Positions 1-11,538 of a DNA stretch of 36,269 nucleotides are shown here, one piece after another. Under the pieces are notes generated by a model, which was given only the letters and a program-made list of their open reading frames with translations, was not told the DNA's origin and made no database searches. The DNA comes from an uncultured cyanobacterium (GTDB taxonomy: Bacteria > Cyanobacteriota > Cyanobacteriia > Cyanobacteriales > Microcystaceae), in contig CAWEDJ010000056.1 in the NCBI GenBank assembly GCA_963807635.1, positions 1-36,269 of the forward strand, in the 5' to 3' direction. Each line of letters begins with the position of its first letter. The stretch's first letter is position 1. Position numbers and translations under genes: made by a program.

Positions 1-804
1 CTGATTGATGACACGCTCTAAAAGATGAAAGCAATAATCCTGATTCTTCGGCAATATTAGCCATATGACTTTCCCACATGGAACCACGTCTCTCTATAAA
101 TATAAAACGTGCACCAGAAGGTGCAAATTCAGCAACTTTGCCTAAAAAGGCTCTTACCGTCCTGGATCATCATTAAACACTTCAGACAACAAAAAATTTA
201 TTACATACACATCTTGCCCCCAAACATTCCCCAGATAAGGAATTCAATCTAATTGAGTAACATCGCAAGCCAGAAAATTACCTGATGGTATCATGGGCCA
301 GTTAGAGCAATTAAGCCATATAATTGTCTAAAAGAATCATTAATTTGATTCCTTATTCCGTACCAGGAACTTGTCCATTCTTCAACTTTGTCAAGGAGTT
401 GAAAATCCACACTAACACTATGTCCAAGATTCTGTTGAACGAAAAACTTTGCCATCGCCAACAACTCTGTACAAATGGGCCAGCACCAAAAGCACAAATT
501 TTTATCTCATGACGTTCCCTTGCAATTTCCAAGACATATTGATTTAAGTATTAATTAATCAAGAACATGCTGAAAGGTTCTGGAATTAGCGGCAGCAACA
601 ATATACAAATATGCAAGTCGGCAAGCAGGAGAGGAGTAGTTTAAATCAGGAACTCGATTTGAGTACCATTCTGCTTGATTACATTAAGCCTCTTCCACAA
701 TAAGCTGAAATATTTCATCCACTGCCATGTTTGAATAGATCTGCAATAAAGTCAATTTCTCGCCCAATAACTGAACCTAAGAGTTCAAAGAAAGTAATCG
801 TCAT
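1..804 (-). pseudogene. Disrupted class I SAM-dependent methyltransferase-like gene, running off the window start
   Basis: Hand translation across frames gives CRLAYLYIVAAAN, KICAFGAGP..ELLAM (motif I-like), DVYVINFLLSE and APSGARFIFIER. It has several stops and frameshifts. Putative ATG at 804. Confidence 0.6.
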
Positions 805-1146
805 TGAAAAGGCTAATCCTTGGTGTTTAGTTTAACTGCGGTCTGATTTTTGATTGTACCGACATTTTTCAGATGGTAGCAAGAAACTTTCGGGATAAGA
901 CATCCCATAGTCCTACCGTCCAAAATTAGTCTTAATATCAACCGAGGAGGTTGTAGTTAAGGAACACAACACACAGAATCGCCCAAAGAGAAAAAAACGG
1001 CTTTCTAAGTGCGATCGCCTAAAGACCTTTACATATCATTTAGCTTAAGAAACAACTAAAGACTTAAAACCACAAATCGCGTTACAGATACCCAGTTATG
1101 ATACTGTCAAGTTTAATAGGAATAACTTATAAATTATTCTTCACCT

Positions 1147-2136
1147 ATGGCAGATATCCCATTTACGTCAGACCAACTGCGGATTCTTAAGGGAATCGCG
1201 GCTGAGGGAAGCTTTAAACGGGCGGCAGATACGCTTTATGTTTCCCAACCTGCCGTCAGCTTACAGGTACAAAATTTAGAAAGACAACTGAATGTTCCTT
1301 TATTTGACCGAGGAGGACGCAAGGACCAGTTAACGGAAGCGGGCTATCTCCTCTTAAGTTACGGCGATAAGGTGTTGACCCTCTGCCAGGAAACCTGTCG
1401 CGCAATCGAGGATTTGCAGAATCTTCAGGGCGGCACTCTGGTCCTGGGAGCGTCCCAAACGACGGGAACCTATCTTTTGCCCCGCATGATTGGTATTTTT
1501 CGACAAAAATATCCCGATGTTTGGGTGCAATTACAAGTACATTCCACTCGTCGCACCTCCTGGGGCGTTGCCAATGGTAGCGTCGATATGGCCGTTAGGT
1601 TAGAAGTTCCGACGGAATTGCAGGAAGTACTGCAAATTATTCCCTACGCCGAAGATGAATTGGCCTTGATTTTGCCGATTTTGCCATCCTTTCGGCCAAA
1701 GTTGAAACCATTCCACAAAGAAGATTTATATAAACTCAAATTTATTACCCTCGATTCCCAATCGACGATTCGTAAAGTAATTGACAAGGTTTTAAGCAAT
1801 TGTGATATCGATACCAAACGTTTAAAAATTGAAATGGAGTTAAATTCCATTGAGGCGATTAAAAATGCGGTTCAAGCAGGGCTAGGGGTTACTTTTGTAT
1901 CAACGACGGCTATTGAAAAAGAATTACAGATGAATACAATCCATATTGCCCGAATGAAAGAGGTAGAAGTCCGTCGGACTCTCTCGGTGATTCTTAATCC
2001 CAATCGTTATCGTTCTATTTCAGCAGAAGCCTTTATTAAAGAGGTTTTAACCCCCTTTGGGACGTATCCTGAAGCGATTGTGGAGACAAAAATTTCAATC
2101 CTGTCTAGCAATGCCAAGGAAATAATTACGGGTTAA
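1147..2136 (+). CDS. rbcR: LysR-family transcriptional regulator, RbcR/Ycf30 type
   Basis: N-terminal [31 protein letters not shown], then [12 protein letters not shown] and [18 protein letters not shown] few residues look mis-called. Confidence 0.9.
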   Translation: MADIPFTSDQLRILKGIAAEGSFKRAADTLYVSQPAVSLQVQNLERQLNVPLFDRGGRKDQLTEAGYLLLSYGDKVLTLCQETCRAIEDLQNLQGGTLVLGASQTTGTYLLPRMIGIFRQKYPDVWVQLQVHSTRRTSWGVANGSVDMAVRLEVPTELQEVLQIIPYAEDELALILPILPSFRPKLKPFHKEDLYKLKFITLDSQSTIRKVIDKVLSNCDIDTKRLKIEMELNSIEAIKNAVQAGLGVTFVSTTAIEKELQMNTIHIARMKEVEVRRTLSVILNPNRYRSISAEAFIKEVLTPFGTYPEAIVETKISILSSNAKEIITG

Positions 2137-2283
2137 ATTTCGTTAGAGATGCTTTTGAAAAAAACATTTCATAGATTGACTATTCCCTTTCCTCCTAGTC
2201 CCGTTCATTTTTAGAGTCAACATTTTGTCTGAATTAATGGTATAGTTAGAGATTGCAGCATTGAAACGATTTAAAAACATCCT

Positions 2284-2551
2284 ATGGCGTTAACCCAGAC
2301 CCGAAAACAAGAATTGATGAGTGAGTACCAAGTGCATGAAACCGATACTGGTTCCCCCGACTTGCAAATCGCGCTTTTAACCGAACGTATTTCCCAATTG
2401 ACGGGACATCTACAAGCCAATCCAAAAGACCATGCTTCCCGTCGCGACTGCTAAAAATGATTAGCCAACGCAGAGGTTTGTTGGATTATATCAACGCAGA
2501 GAACCTGAACGGTATCAGTCCCTAATCAAACGTTTAGGCATTCGTCGTTAA
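2284..2551 (+). CDS. rpsO: 30S ribosomal protein S15 (two apparent single-base deletions; absent from the ORF track)
   Basis: [54 protein letters not shown] / [15 protein letters not shown] / [15 protein letters not shown]. Span is 268 nt versus 270 for 89 aa plus stop. Confidence 0.95.
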
Positions 2552-2573
2552 TTTTTGCCCCTACTCTATTTCT

Positions 2574-3108
2574 ATGCCTGCTCCATCCCCCCGCGATCGC
2601 CAAGCCCCAAAACGAACTCCCCTTCCTTTTGAAGGAAAACAAAAAAATAAAAAGCCAGCAAGGTTGCCCCTGCTCCTAAAAAAGTTGCTCCTGCCCCTAA
2701 AGTAGAGAGCAAAATTTCCTTTAAAAACTCCGATAAGACTAAACCCTACAGAGGAAAACGGAAACCCCAAAGTGGTTCTATTCCTGAAGTAGTTAGTCAA
2801 CGGATGTGAAGCGCATGGCAATTTTTTCAGGAATTCCTACTGCATCGGCCATGTTTTCCTTCATGGCTTTTTATTGGGTAGTGAGTCATGATTGGTTAGA
2901 GATTCCCAATTATGTGGTTTTTGGGGTGAGTCTTCTCCTCTTTGGTTTAGGTGTTCTTGGACTAAGCTATGGTGTTTTTTCCACCTCCTGGGACGAAGAC
3001 ATTGAGGGGAGTTGGTGGGGTTGGCAAGAAGTCAAATTAAATTTTGATAGAAGTGTGACTGCTTAGCATTCACGAAAGCAAGATGCTCAAAAAGCAAAAG
3101 AAAGTTAG
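2574..3108 (+). CDS. pam68: PAM68-family (DUF3464) photosystem II assembly protein, frameshifted
   Basis: IPEVVSQRM/KRMAIFSGIPT, two TM segments and LSYGVFSTSWDE..GSWWGWQE. It lies directly downstream of rpsO as is usual in cyanobacteria. The TAG at 3064-3066 may be premature. Confidence 0.85.
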
Positions 3109-3494
3109 TTCTGAGTTGGAGCAGCTTTTCGCAAGTATTAAAAGCTTAAGAACGATACTAATTTGTCAGAATTTCTGAACACACCCTCTTGATTACACAA
3201 TGGAAATTGAAAAGTTTAATTAAGATTTGTGTTCTTATTGTCGTCATTTGAGGATTATTCTGTTTTTTAGACGTTAATCTTCAATATCAAAAAGCAAAAT
3301 GATTACAATACAGGAAGAAGTTTTTTATTTCGACAGCTATGGATTTCTTTCATAATTATTAATTGTAAGACTCTGTCCTTTCCAGGAAAGATACGAGGGA
3401 CGTAAAACATCATTATGCAAGAAGTTTATTAAACGATTTGATTTTTCTTAACTTTATTTTTTTCTAACTACCTAACCAGTGAGGTTTTTTTGCA

Positions 3495-4554
3495 ATGATC
3501 GTTGTGATGAAAGTCGGAACTCCCGAATTCAAAATTGCGCGTGTGAATCAAGAATTTTCTGAAAGAGGACTAACTCCTGAAAAAATCGTCGGTAAACATA
3601 AAGTGGTGATTGGTCTAGTGGGAGAAACTGCCGCTCTCAATCCCCTTCAAATCCAAGAAATTGGTCCCCTGGATTTTGAAGATGTGCTCAGGGTAGAGCA
3701 ACCTTTTAAACGGGCGAGTTTAGAGTTCCGTCACGGTGATTATAGTGAAGTGAGTATTTTTCCTCCCCCAACGGGCCCCGTTGCAATGGGTAAAAATCAT
3801 CCCCTCACGATTGTCGCTGGCCCCTGTTCCGTTGAAAATGAAGCGATGATCATCGAAACGGCCACTACGAGTAAAAGCGGCTGGAGCGCACTTTCTACGA
3901 GGGGGGGCTTACAAACCTCGGACTTCTCCCTATGCTTTCCAAGGTCATGGGGAAAGTGCGTTAGAACTTTTGGCTGCCGCGAAACAAGCCAGTGGTTTGG
4001 GAATTATTACCGAAGTTATGGATACGGCAGATTTAGAGAAAATTGCAGAAGTGGCAGACGTGATCCAAATTGGAGCGCGGAATATGCAGAATTTTGCCAT
4101 GCTCAAAAAAGTCGGCGCACAAGAAACCTGTTTATTAAAACGGGGGATAGCGGCCACCATTGAAGAATGGTTAATGGCGGCGGAATATCTGCTCGCGGCG
4201 GGTAATCCTAATGTAATTCTCTGTGAACGGGGAGTCGCACGTTCAATCAAAAATATACTCGTAATACCTTAGATCTTTCCGTTTTGCCTGTGTTACGCAA
4301 TTTGACCCATTTACCGATCATGATTGATCCGAGTCATGGCACGGGTAAGTCGGATTATGTGCCTGCTATCGCCACCGCCGCGATCGCCGCAGGAGCCGAT
4401 TCTCTGATGATTGAAGTCCATCCCAATCCTGCCAAAGCTATATCGGACGGGCCTCGTTCTTGACTCCTGAACGGTTTGATCGGGTGATGCAGGAATTATC
4501 ATTATTGGTAAAGCGGTTGGTCGTTGACCACAAATTAAAGCCGCGATCGCGTAG
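3495..4554 (+). CDS. aroF: 3-deoxy-7-phosphoheptulonate (DAHP) synthase, type I-beta with N-terminal regulatory domain, frameshifted
   Basis: [60 protein letters not shown] and IEVHPNP, spread over several frames. It ends at TGA 4525-4527 or TAG 4552-4554. Confidence 0.92.
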
Positions 4555-4577
4555 TAAAGTTAATATCAATAATTAAC

Positions 4578-4612
4578 AAAGAGGCAGTTTTTAATCAATT
4601 CTGTCTCTTTTT
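4578..4612. terminator. Probable bidirectional terminator between convergent aroF and glcF
   Basis: aaagaggcag ... ctgtctcttt inverted repeat with A/T tails. Confidence 0.5.
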
Positions 4613-5973
4613 AATTCAGCTTAATACCCCGCATTGCAAAATCTAACAATTGAATGGGATGAAATAGGGGAATAGACTTATTTTGTTGACTTAAATGCTT
4701 TTGAATTTGTAAAGAGACAACCTGATTAGAAGAAGCGATTAAAGTTGCTCCCGTGTTTAATAAATTGGTGACTTTTTGTTGTCCCAACTCCTCTGCAATC
4801 TCAGGTTGCAACATATTATAAACCCCTGCACTCCCACAACAAAGAGCCGCATCAACAGGTTCCTTTAAGGTGATATTAGGAATCTTTGCTAACAACTGAC
4901 GGGGTTGTAAACTGATTTTTTGACCATGCAAAAGATGGCAAGCATCCTGATAGACAATGGTGAGGTTTTCATCCGCGATCGCCGATAGAGGCGCAGTCAA
5001 TCCAACTTCCATTAAAAATTCCTGAATATCTCGAACTTTTGCGACAAAGGCCCTTAGCTTTTTCCAAATAAACGGGATCATCCGCCAAAATATGATGATA
5101 TTCCTTCAAAGTATGCCCACACCCCGCCGCATTAATAATAATAAAATCAACCTCTGTCTCAGCAAAACTATCGATCATTTGTCGAGCAAGAGCCTGAGCC
5201 TGAGCTTCTTGACCTTGATGGGCGGGCAAGGCGGCACAACAACCTTGGGATTTAGGGATAACGACTTCGCAACCGTTGGCAGTTAAGACTCGAACAGTGG
5301 CTTCATTAACAGGAGAGAAAAAGAGCCGTTGGACACAACCGAGAATCACCCCGACTCGATAGCGTTTTTCGGTTTGAGCAGGAATTTCCGTCGGATAATT
5401 TTGCCCAAAGGATTGACGGTTAATTTTAGGTAAAATCGATTCCATTGCCGCTAAACGAGGAAAGAATCTTTTCAATAAACCCGTCGCTCGAACTAATTTT
5501 TGTAAGCCTAAATTTTGATAAAGCCAAAAGAATGGTAGAAAAATTTGTAATCTTTGGGGATAGGGAAATAGATTAAAAATCAGAGCTCTGATGAGTCTAT
5601 CGAAAATATTGCGGGGTTGATTACGCTCCACCTGGGGACGAGTTGCGGCGATCAATTGGTCATATTGGACTCCCGACGGACAGGTACTCACGCAAGCTAA
5701 ACAACCTAAACAACTATCAAAATGTTGAGTCGTCGTTTCATCTAAAGTTGCTTCTCCTTTGTTGATAGCATTCATCAAATAAATCCCCCTGGGGGAATCC
5801 ATTTCTTTGCCAATGACTCGATAACTGGGACAAGTTGCCAGACAAAAACCACAATGAACGCAACTATCTATCAGTTTTTGTTCGGGGGGATGTTTACTAT
5901 CGAAGCCTTTAATTTCTTGGTTTAATTGTTCTTGGAAGTTAAAACTAGAGTTGGAAATGTCGGTTGTTTGCAT
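4611..5973 (-). CDS. glcF: Glycolate oxidase iron-sulfur subunit, one frameshift near 5050
   Basis: CVHCGFCLATCP and CLGCLACVSTCPSGV 4Fe-4S motifs, QGCCAALPAH, YQDACHLLHGQ and CCGSAGVYN. ORFs 4969..5973 and 4611..5081 join. Confidence 0.92.
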
Positions 5974-6008
5974 AATAAATTAAAAGTAGTCAGAAATACA
6001 AATGAAAT

Positions 6009-6328
6009 TTAATCATTTATACCATTTAATGTGTTTAATTTTTGTTGCACTAACGAAGGCGTTTTAGATTGCACTTCTTTAGCAAAATCTTCATCATCTT
6101 CCATTTGTTTTCTAATCTCATTAAAATGATCATGATAGTAAGACAAGGCCGCGTACACATGTGCTAAAGAAATACTTGGATACTGAGAAACAATTTCATC
6201 GGGGGATAGCCCCAACCGCTCATGCCAAATAACGATATCTTCTACTCTAATGCGATGACCTGCGATGCGAGGTTTTCCCCACAGATTCCTGGCGTAATTT
6301 CAATATGGCTAATAATTGTAGCTGTCAT
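6009..6328 (-). CDS. DUF433-domain protein (antitoxin-like), one frameshift near 6278
   Basis: MTATIISHIEITPGICG/GKPRIAGHRIRVEDIVIWHERLGLSPDEIVSQYPSISLAHVYAALSYY carries the DUF433 signature. Confidence 0.88.
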
Positions 6329-6334
6329 AAACAA

Positions 6335-7631
6335 TTAAATTCCTCCGATAAAAAGACCAGGATTAAAAAGATTATAAGGATCAAATTTTGTTTTTAAACT
6401 TTTCATTAAGTCTAAAGCATTTCCTTGATAACCCCCAGGGTTCATAGCTTTCTTTAATATTTTTTGGGGCTTCTAAAATCGTTAAAAATCCCGATCGCGT
6501 TCACAAACTGATCGCATTTTAGATAATTGATTAATCGCTGAATCAGCTTCTAACACTAATCGACCTAAACCACTGCCGAGGTGAATTTGAGCAAGTCCTG
6601 GAGATTCCTGGAGAAAATCAACGATTTGATTGGACATAACGCCTATTTTACCAGTAACCAGGTCGGGATTGAAATGGGGCATCATCTGATTTTTTAATGA
6701 CTGCCATAGAGTTCTTCGGATTCTGCGGTAAATTCGGCGATCGCTAATCCCAACTTTTGACCCAAGGCTTGTAATTGATCCACTTGTTCGGTCACACTTT
6801 CGGCAATATTTTGAAACCGTACCAATAAACCCAAATTATTCCCCAATTCCAGCGATCGCATTAAATTACAAGATAAAACATCCGCAGAAGTAGGAGCTAA
6901 ACCTGATTTAAGTAAGTCTTGACAGGCTTGAGACAAAGCTTGGGCATCGCCTGTTAGCAATAAAGTTTTGGACGATTCAGGCAAAGGATAAAGCCGAAAC
7001 GTTATCTGGGTCAGTACGCCTAATGTGCCGTAGGAACCTGTAAAGAGTTTCATTAAGTCATAGCCCGCCACGTTTTTCACGACTTTTCCGCCTGCTTTGG
7101 CAATTTTTCCGTCCCAACGCACAATGGAACAGCCTAAAACTAAATCCCGAATACCGCCGTATCGTTGCCGCCAACTGCCACTATCTGCGGTGGCGACTAT
7201 TCCCCCAATGGTTGCCTGTTCGGGATAACTGGGATCAATGGGTAAAAATTGACGATGGGGTTTTAAAAAAGCTTGTAAATCGGTGAGTTTAACCCCTGCT
7301 TCTACGGTGACGGTTAAATCGGCGATCGCGTGGTCGAGAATACGATTTAATTTTTGGGTACTCAAGACAAAATCCGCTTGCTTGACCAATCCTCCCCAAC
7401 CGAGCTTGCTACCATTGCCACAGAGGAGCATGGGAGACTTCATTTGGGAAGCCTGGCTAACAATTTGGGACAAATCCTCAACCGTTGACGGCGCGAGCCA
7501 ATGACTGGGTTGATCGTTGCGAATAGCCCTAGTAATTTGGGATTGTAAATCAGGATTTAATTGCTCCCAATCCCAGATTTCCGTCTGGGGATCGAGTAAA
7601 GATTCAAGTTTGGCGCGATCGGAGAGGACAT
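6335..7631 (-). CDS. glcE: Glycolate oxidase FAD-binding subunit, frameshifted near 7612, 6705 and 6485
   Basis: TVEAGV, ATIGGIVATADSG, GGKVVKNVAGYDLMKLFTGSYGTLG and C-terminal WGYQGNALDLMKSLKTKFDPYNLFNPG. It lies upstream of glcF. Confidence 0.9.
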
Positions 7632-7731
7632 AGAAAATTCATCAACAAAGACCCATTAACAGCCTATCCTATAACAACCGCTCCCATTGCCGATAGAGTG
7701 TTAATCAGTTGCCGAAAATCCCAAAATCACC

Positions 7732-8418
7732 ATGATCTTAGAAGTCTCTCCCACTCTTTTATCTTCCGTTAGCTTAGTCGCGCTTTATTTAGGATTGATT
7801 CTTCTCATTGCCGAAGCTCTTAATCGGTTAACGGATACTCACGGAGAACTGACCCGCAAAATTGTTCATATTGGCAGTGGTCATGTCCTACTTTTCGCCT
7901 GGTGGTTAGAAATTCCTGCTTGGGTTGGGATAGCGGCAGCGGCGATCGCGAGTATTATTGCGTTAATTTCTTACTTTTTGCCGATTTTACCCAGTATTAA
8001 TAGTGTGGGCAGACGGAGTTTAGGAACTTTTTTCTATGCTCTGAGTATTGGAATTTTAGTCGCTATCTTTTGGCCACTCCAGCATCCTGAATATGCGGTC
8101 ATCGGCATTTTAGTAATGGCCTGGGGAGACGGTTTAGCGGCGTTGGTTGGACAAAATTTTGGCAAACATCCCTATCAAATTGCGGGAATGCAAAAAAGTT
8201 GGGAAGGTTCCCTGACCATGACGGTGGTAAGCTTTTGGGTAATTATCTTAATTCTTGGGTCAGTACAGGGTTTCCATTGGCAGATCAGTCTGATTGGAAT
8301 CGCCGTCGCCTTGGTTGCAACTGCGTTAGAATCTTTTTCAAAGTTTGGCATTGATAATCTAACCGTTCCCGTGGGGAGTGCGATGTTAGCTTTTCTCTTA
8401 AATCAACTATTTATTTAA
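7732..8418 (+). CDS. Phytol kinase / SEC59-DGK1-VTE5 family membrane kinase
   Basis: ELTRKIVHIGSG, MAWGDGLAALVG, KSWEGS and GIDNLTVP motifs; multiple TM segments. Confidence 0.85.
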   Translation: MILEVSPTLLSSVSLVALYLGLILLIAEALNRLTDTHGELTRKIVHIGSGHVLLFAWWLEIPAWVGIAAAAIASIIALISYFLPILPSINSVGRRSLGTFFYALSIGILVAIFWPLQHPEYAVIGILVMAWGDGLAALVGQNFGKHPYQIAGMQKSWEGSLTMTVVSFWVIILILGSVQGFHWQISLIGIAVALVATALESFSKFGIDNLTVPVGSAMLAFLLNQLFI

Positions 8419-8435
8419 ACATCTGGAAATTCATT

Positions 8436-9305
8436 ATGTTCGCGATCGCTGTTAAACAAGAACAATATCGTACCTATATTCTTTCGGATCAAACAAGTTT
8501 AGCCCGTCTAGAAATTGTGCCAGAGCGCGGCGGCATCGTTACCCGTTGGGCAATTCAGGGTCAAGAAATTTTGTACTTAGATCAAGAACGTTTTCAAAAT
8601 CCAGCCTTGAGTGTACGGGGCGGAATCCCCATTTTGTTTCCGATTTGTGGAAATTTACCCAATAATCAATACACGCACAACGAAAAAAGCTATACCTTGC
8701 AACAACACGGATTTGCGAGAGAAATGCCCTGGCAAGTGATTGCTCAAAACACCGACTCAGGCGCGAGTTTAACCCTACGACTCACCAGCACCCCTGCAAC
8801 CAAGAAACTCTATCCCTTCGATTTTGAAGTAGATTTTACTTACCAACTTCAGGGCAATCACCTCAGCATTAAACAACGTTATACCAATCTTTCTCCTGAA
8901 AAAATGCCCTTTTCGACGGGTTTACATCCCTATTTTTGGGTGAAGGATAAATCTCAATTGAGCTTCGATATTCCCGCCAATATTCTGCAAGACCACACAA
9001 CCCTAGATATAAAGCCATTTAATGGAACCTTTGATCTGAGCCAACCTGAAATTGATGCGGTCTTTAAACAAGTTAATCGTCAGTCCGCCAGTTTCAGCGA
9101 TCGCCAAAGACATCTCGCCCTGAATCTAGAATATTCCGACCTTTATGGCACCTTAGTTTTTCGGACGCTCCAGGATAAAGATTATATTTGTTTGGAACCC
9201 TGGACGGCTCCCCGTAACGCTTTGAACACAGGCGAAAGTCTAATTCATCTTGATCCCCAACAGACCATTGAAACTTCTGTCACGATCCGAGCCAATTTTT
9301 TATAA
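8436..9305 (+). CDS. Aldose 1-epimerase family protein
   Basis: RGGIPILFPICG, QHGFAR, GLHPYF and ICLEPW motifs. Confidence 0.9.
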   Translation: MFAIAVKQEQYRTYILSDQTSLARLEIVPERGGIVTRWAIQGQEILYLDQERFQNPALSVRGGIPILFPICGNLPNNQYTHNEKSYTLQQHGFAREMPWQVIAQNTDSGASLTLRLTSTPATKKLYPFDFEVDFTYQLQGNHLSIKQRYTNLSPEKMPFSTGLHPYFWVKDKSQLSFDIPANILQDHTTLDIKPFNGTFDLSQPEIDAVFKQVNRQSASFSDRQRHLALNLEYSDLYGTLVFRTLQDKDYICLEPWTAPRNALNTGESLIHLDPQQTIETSVTIRANFL

Positions 9306-9311
9306 AAAAGA

Positions 9312-9340
9312 TTGCATTTACCAATCTCTTCTGCTACATT
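9312..9340 (+). promoter_or_regulatory. Sigma70-type promoter for tRNA-Lys
   Basis: TTGCAT-N17-TACATT, ending 26 nt before the tRNA. Confidence 0.55.
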
Positions 9341-9366
9341 AGTAAATCGTGTGACAAATACACAAC

Positions 9367-9438
9367 GGGTCGCTAGCTCAGCGGTAGAGCACTCGGCTTT
9401 TAACCGAATGGTCTTGGGTTCGAATCCCAGGCGACCCA
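9367..9438 (+). tRNA. trnK: tRNA-Lys(UUU)
   Basis: GGGTCGC/GCGACCC acceptor stem, D arm GCTC..GAGC, anticodon loop CTTTTAA and T loop TTCGAAT. No encoded CCA. Confidence 0.96.
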
Positions 9439-9662
9439 TAAAATACGTTAATATTTCCCTGTTTTTATCTTTAGATTGATCTCATCAGCAATTTGATTGA
9501 TTATCATTAAGACGATGACGAAGAACAAAAATCAGGACTAATTTATCCCATCCAAGAAATAGATCTAAAAATCAAAAATCATTGAAATTCTCCCTGATCT
9601 TTTCTTTAATGGAGAATTTAAGCTATAAATAACCAAATCTCAACACTGATTTGTGACAAAAT

Positions 9663-9676
9663 GTACTTATTTTTAC
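9663..9676 (+). promoter_or_regulatory. NtcA-binding site upstream of glnB
   Basis: tGTA-cttatttt-TACa is a canonical GTA-N8-TAC, about 90 nt before the glnB start. Confidence 0.6.
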
Positions 9677-9709
9677 AAAAAAAACTAGGCTGGAAGTGAT
9701 AGAAAATGA

Positions 9710-10100
<391 letters not shown>

Positions 10101-10126
10101 CCCGTTTGGGTTTGTGAATCGAATCT

Positions 10127-10222
10127 TAGGACATTTCTAGCAAAGAAATTACCACTATCAAGCCCCCTAAATCTCCTAATTCTGGGGGACTTGATGGTAT
10201 TAGGTTTGTCAGAAATCGCCTT
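10127..10222. repeat. Palindromic dispersed repeat / MITE-like element, copy A
   Basis: Inner hairpin atcaagccccc...gggggacttgat, with imperfect outer IRs taggacatttctagcaaa / tttgtcagaaatcgcct. 10157..10221 aligns without gaps to 27086..27150. Confidence 0.7.
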
Positions 10223-10792
10223 AGCTCAAATTTGGCCATTGGGGAAGGAGGGTCGCAAGGCTCGCCCCCGATGACTAATTTTGTGCTTTTGCTCGGCTGA
10301 CATTTCAGCAAAGGTTTTCTGGCATTCAGGCACATAAAAAATAGGATCATAACCGAATCCTTCTGTTCCTCTACCCGCGATTAAGATTTCTCCTGGACAA
10401 ATTCCTTCACTCTGAATCGCAATAGAACCGTCGGGACGAGCGATCGCAATCGCGCAAATAAATTGTGCCTGTCGATTGGCTTGGGTTCCTAAGGCCCGCA
10501 ACAAACGATCAATCCGTTCTTGGTCAGTCTTACCATAACGGGCTGAATATAGGCCTGGCGCGCCGTCTAATGCGTCAACGGCTAATCCTGAATCATCCGC
10601 GATCGCCCATTGTCCGAGAGCCTTAGCGACCTGGGAAGCCTTTAAACAAGCATTAGCGATAAAAGTAGTTCCCGTTTCCTCAATGTCTAATTCTGACGGT
10701 TTTAATACTAATTCACAGTCCAATCCGACTAAATAAGCTTGAATTTCCGCTAATTTTCCAGGATTTCCCGTCGCCACTACTAATTTTTTCAT
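10221..10792 (-). CDS. rdgB: Non-canonical purine NTP pyrophosphatase (RdgB/HAM1)
   Basis: ATGNPGK, ADDSGLAVDALDGAPGLYSARY, GFGYDPIF and KISHRGRA. A probable missing T near 10258 shifts the last codons, so the true stop is likely 10221-10223. Confidence 0.93.
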
Positions 10793-10923
10793 TAATAATT
10801 TTTCTCACTAGATATTCTCAGAATATTTTATTAGAATCTAGAGCATAGATAGTCTGGATGCGAAACACGGTCAAAAATATTTCGATTATTCTGTCGTTTA
10901 CTTAACTCTTCTTTTTAACAATC

Positions 10924-11295
10924 ATGGACAAAACGGCTCTTTTTCAAACACTCCAGCAAGGTTTACACGTTACCGTCGGCGCGACTGCGACCCTGATAGA
11001 AACCATCCAAGATCCTCAAAAACGCACGGAAACATTATCGGAATTGCAAACTACTCTTCATCAGCAAGCCCAACAATGGTCAGAAAAAGGTTTGGTGACA
11101 GAAGAAGAGGCTCGTCGTTTTATTGATGCCTGGTTAGCGAAATATAAGCCATCAGGTTCTAGTTCCAGTAGCAGTGGGTCAACGGGGGGAATTAATGTTA
11201 GCTATAACAATGCTCAATCGGAAATCCAAGATCTGACGGAACAAATCATTGCTCTCAAAACTGAGTTAGAGCAAGCTCGTGCAAACAATAATTAA
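10924..11295 (+). CDS. Conserved cyanobacterial hypothetical protein (phasin-like, coiled-coil C-terminus)
   Basis: Intact 123-aa ORF with EKGLVTEEEARRFID, a Ser linker and EIQDLTEQIIALKTELEQ. Confidence 0.7.
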   Translation: MDKTALFQTLQQGLHVTVGATATLIETIQDPQKRTETLSELQTTLHQQAQQWSEKGLVTEEEARRFIDAWLAKYKPSGSSSSSSGSTGGINVSYNNAQSEIQDLTEQIIALKTELEQARANNN

Positions 11296-11345
11296 CCGTT
11301 TTTTGTTTGATAAATCAGAAAAACCAAAAATTTCATTCAATAGTG

Positions 11346-11388
11346 GCAGACAAAAGGAAATTATCCTCTTTTTCTCTGCTTTTTTTTC
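11346..11388 (+). terminator. Probable intrinsic terminator
   Basis: gcagacaaaagga ... tcctctttttctctgc imperfect hairpin followed by a T run. Confidence 0.45.
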
Positions 11389-11538
11389 GTATTTTTTAAC
11401 GCGATCGCCTAATTTAGCGTCGGGAATTGATTGCTAAGTCCTATGGTGTCTGAATTTGGAGACCAAACCCCTACAGAATTTTCATTCAATGCGGCCACCA
11501 CATTCGGGACTATTACTTGCTGCACTGAAACATCTTGG

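Noticed and set aside
810..1146. Small RNA in the spacer upstream of rbcR
   Set aside because: I could not match it to a cyanobacterial sRNA I know, and I saw no convincing terminator hairpin.
9367..9480. tRNA-Lys as an integration site for an island
   Set aside because: No integrase is present and I saw no duplicate of the tRNA 3' end in the window. glnB follows directly.
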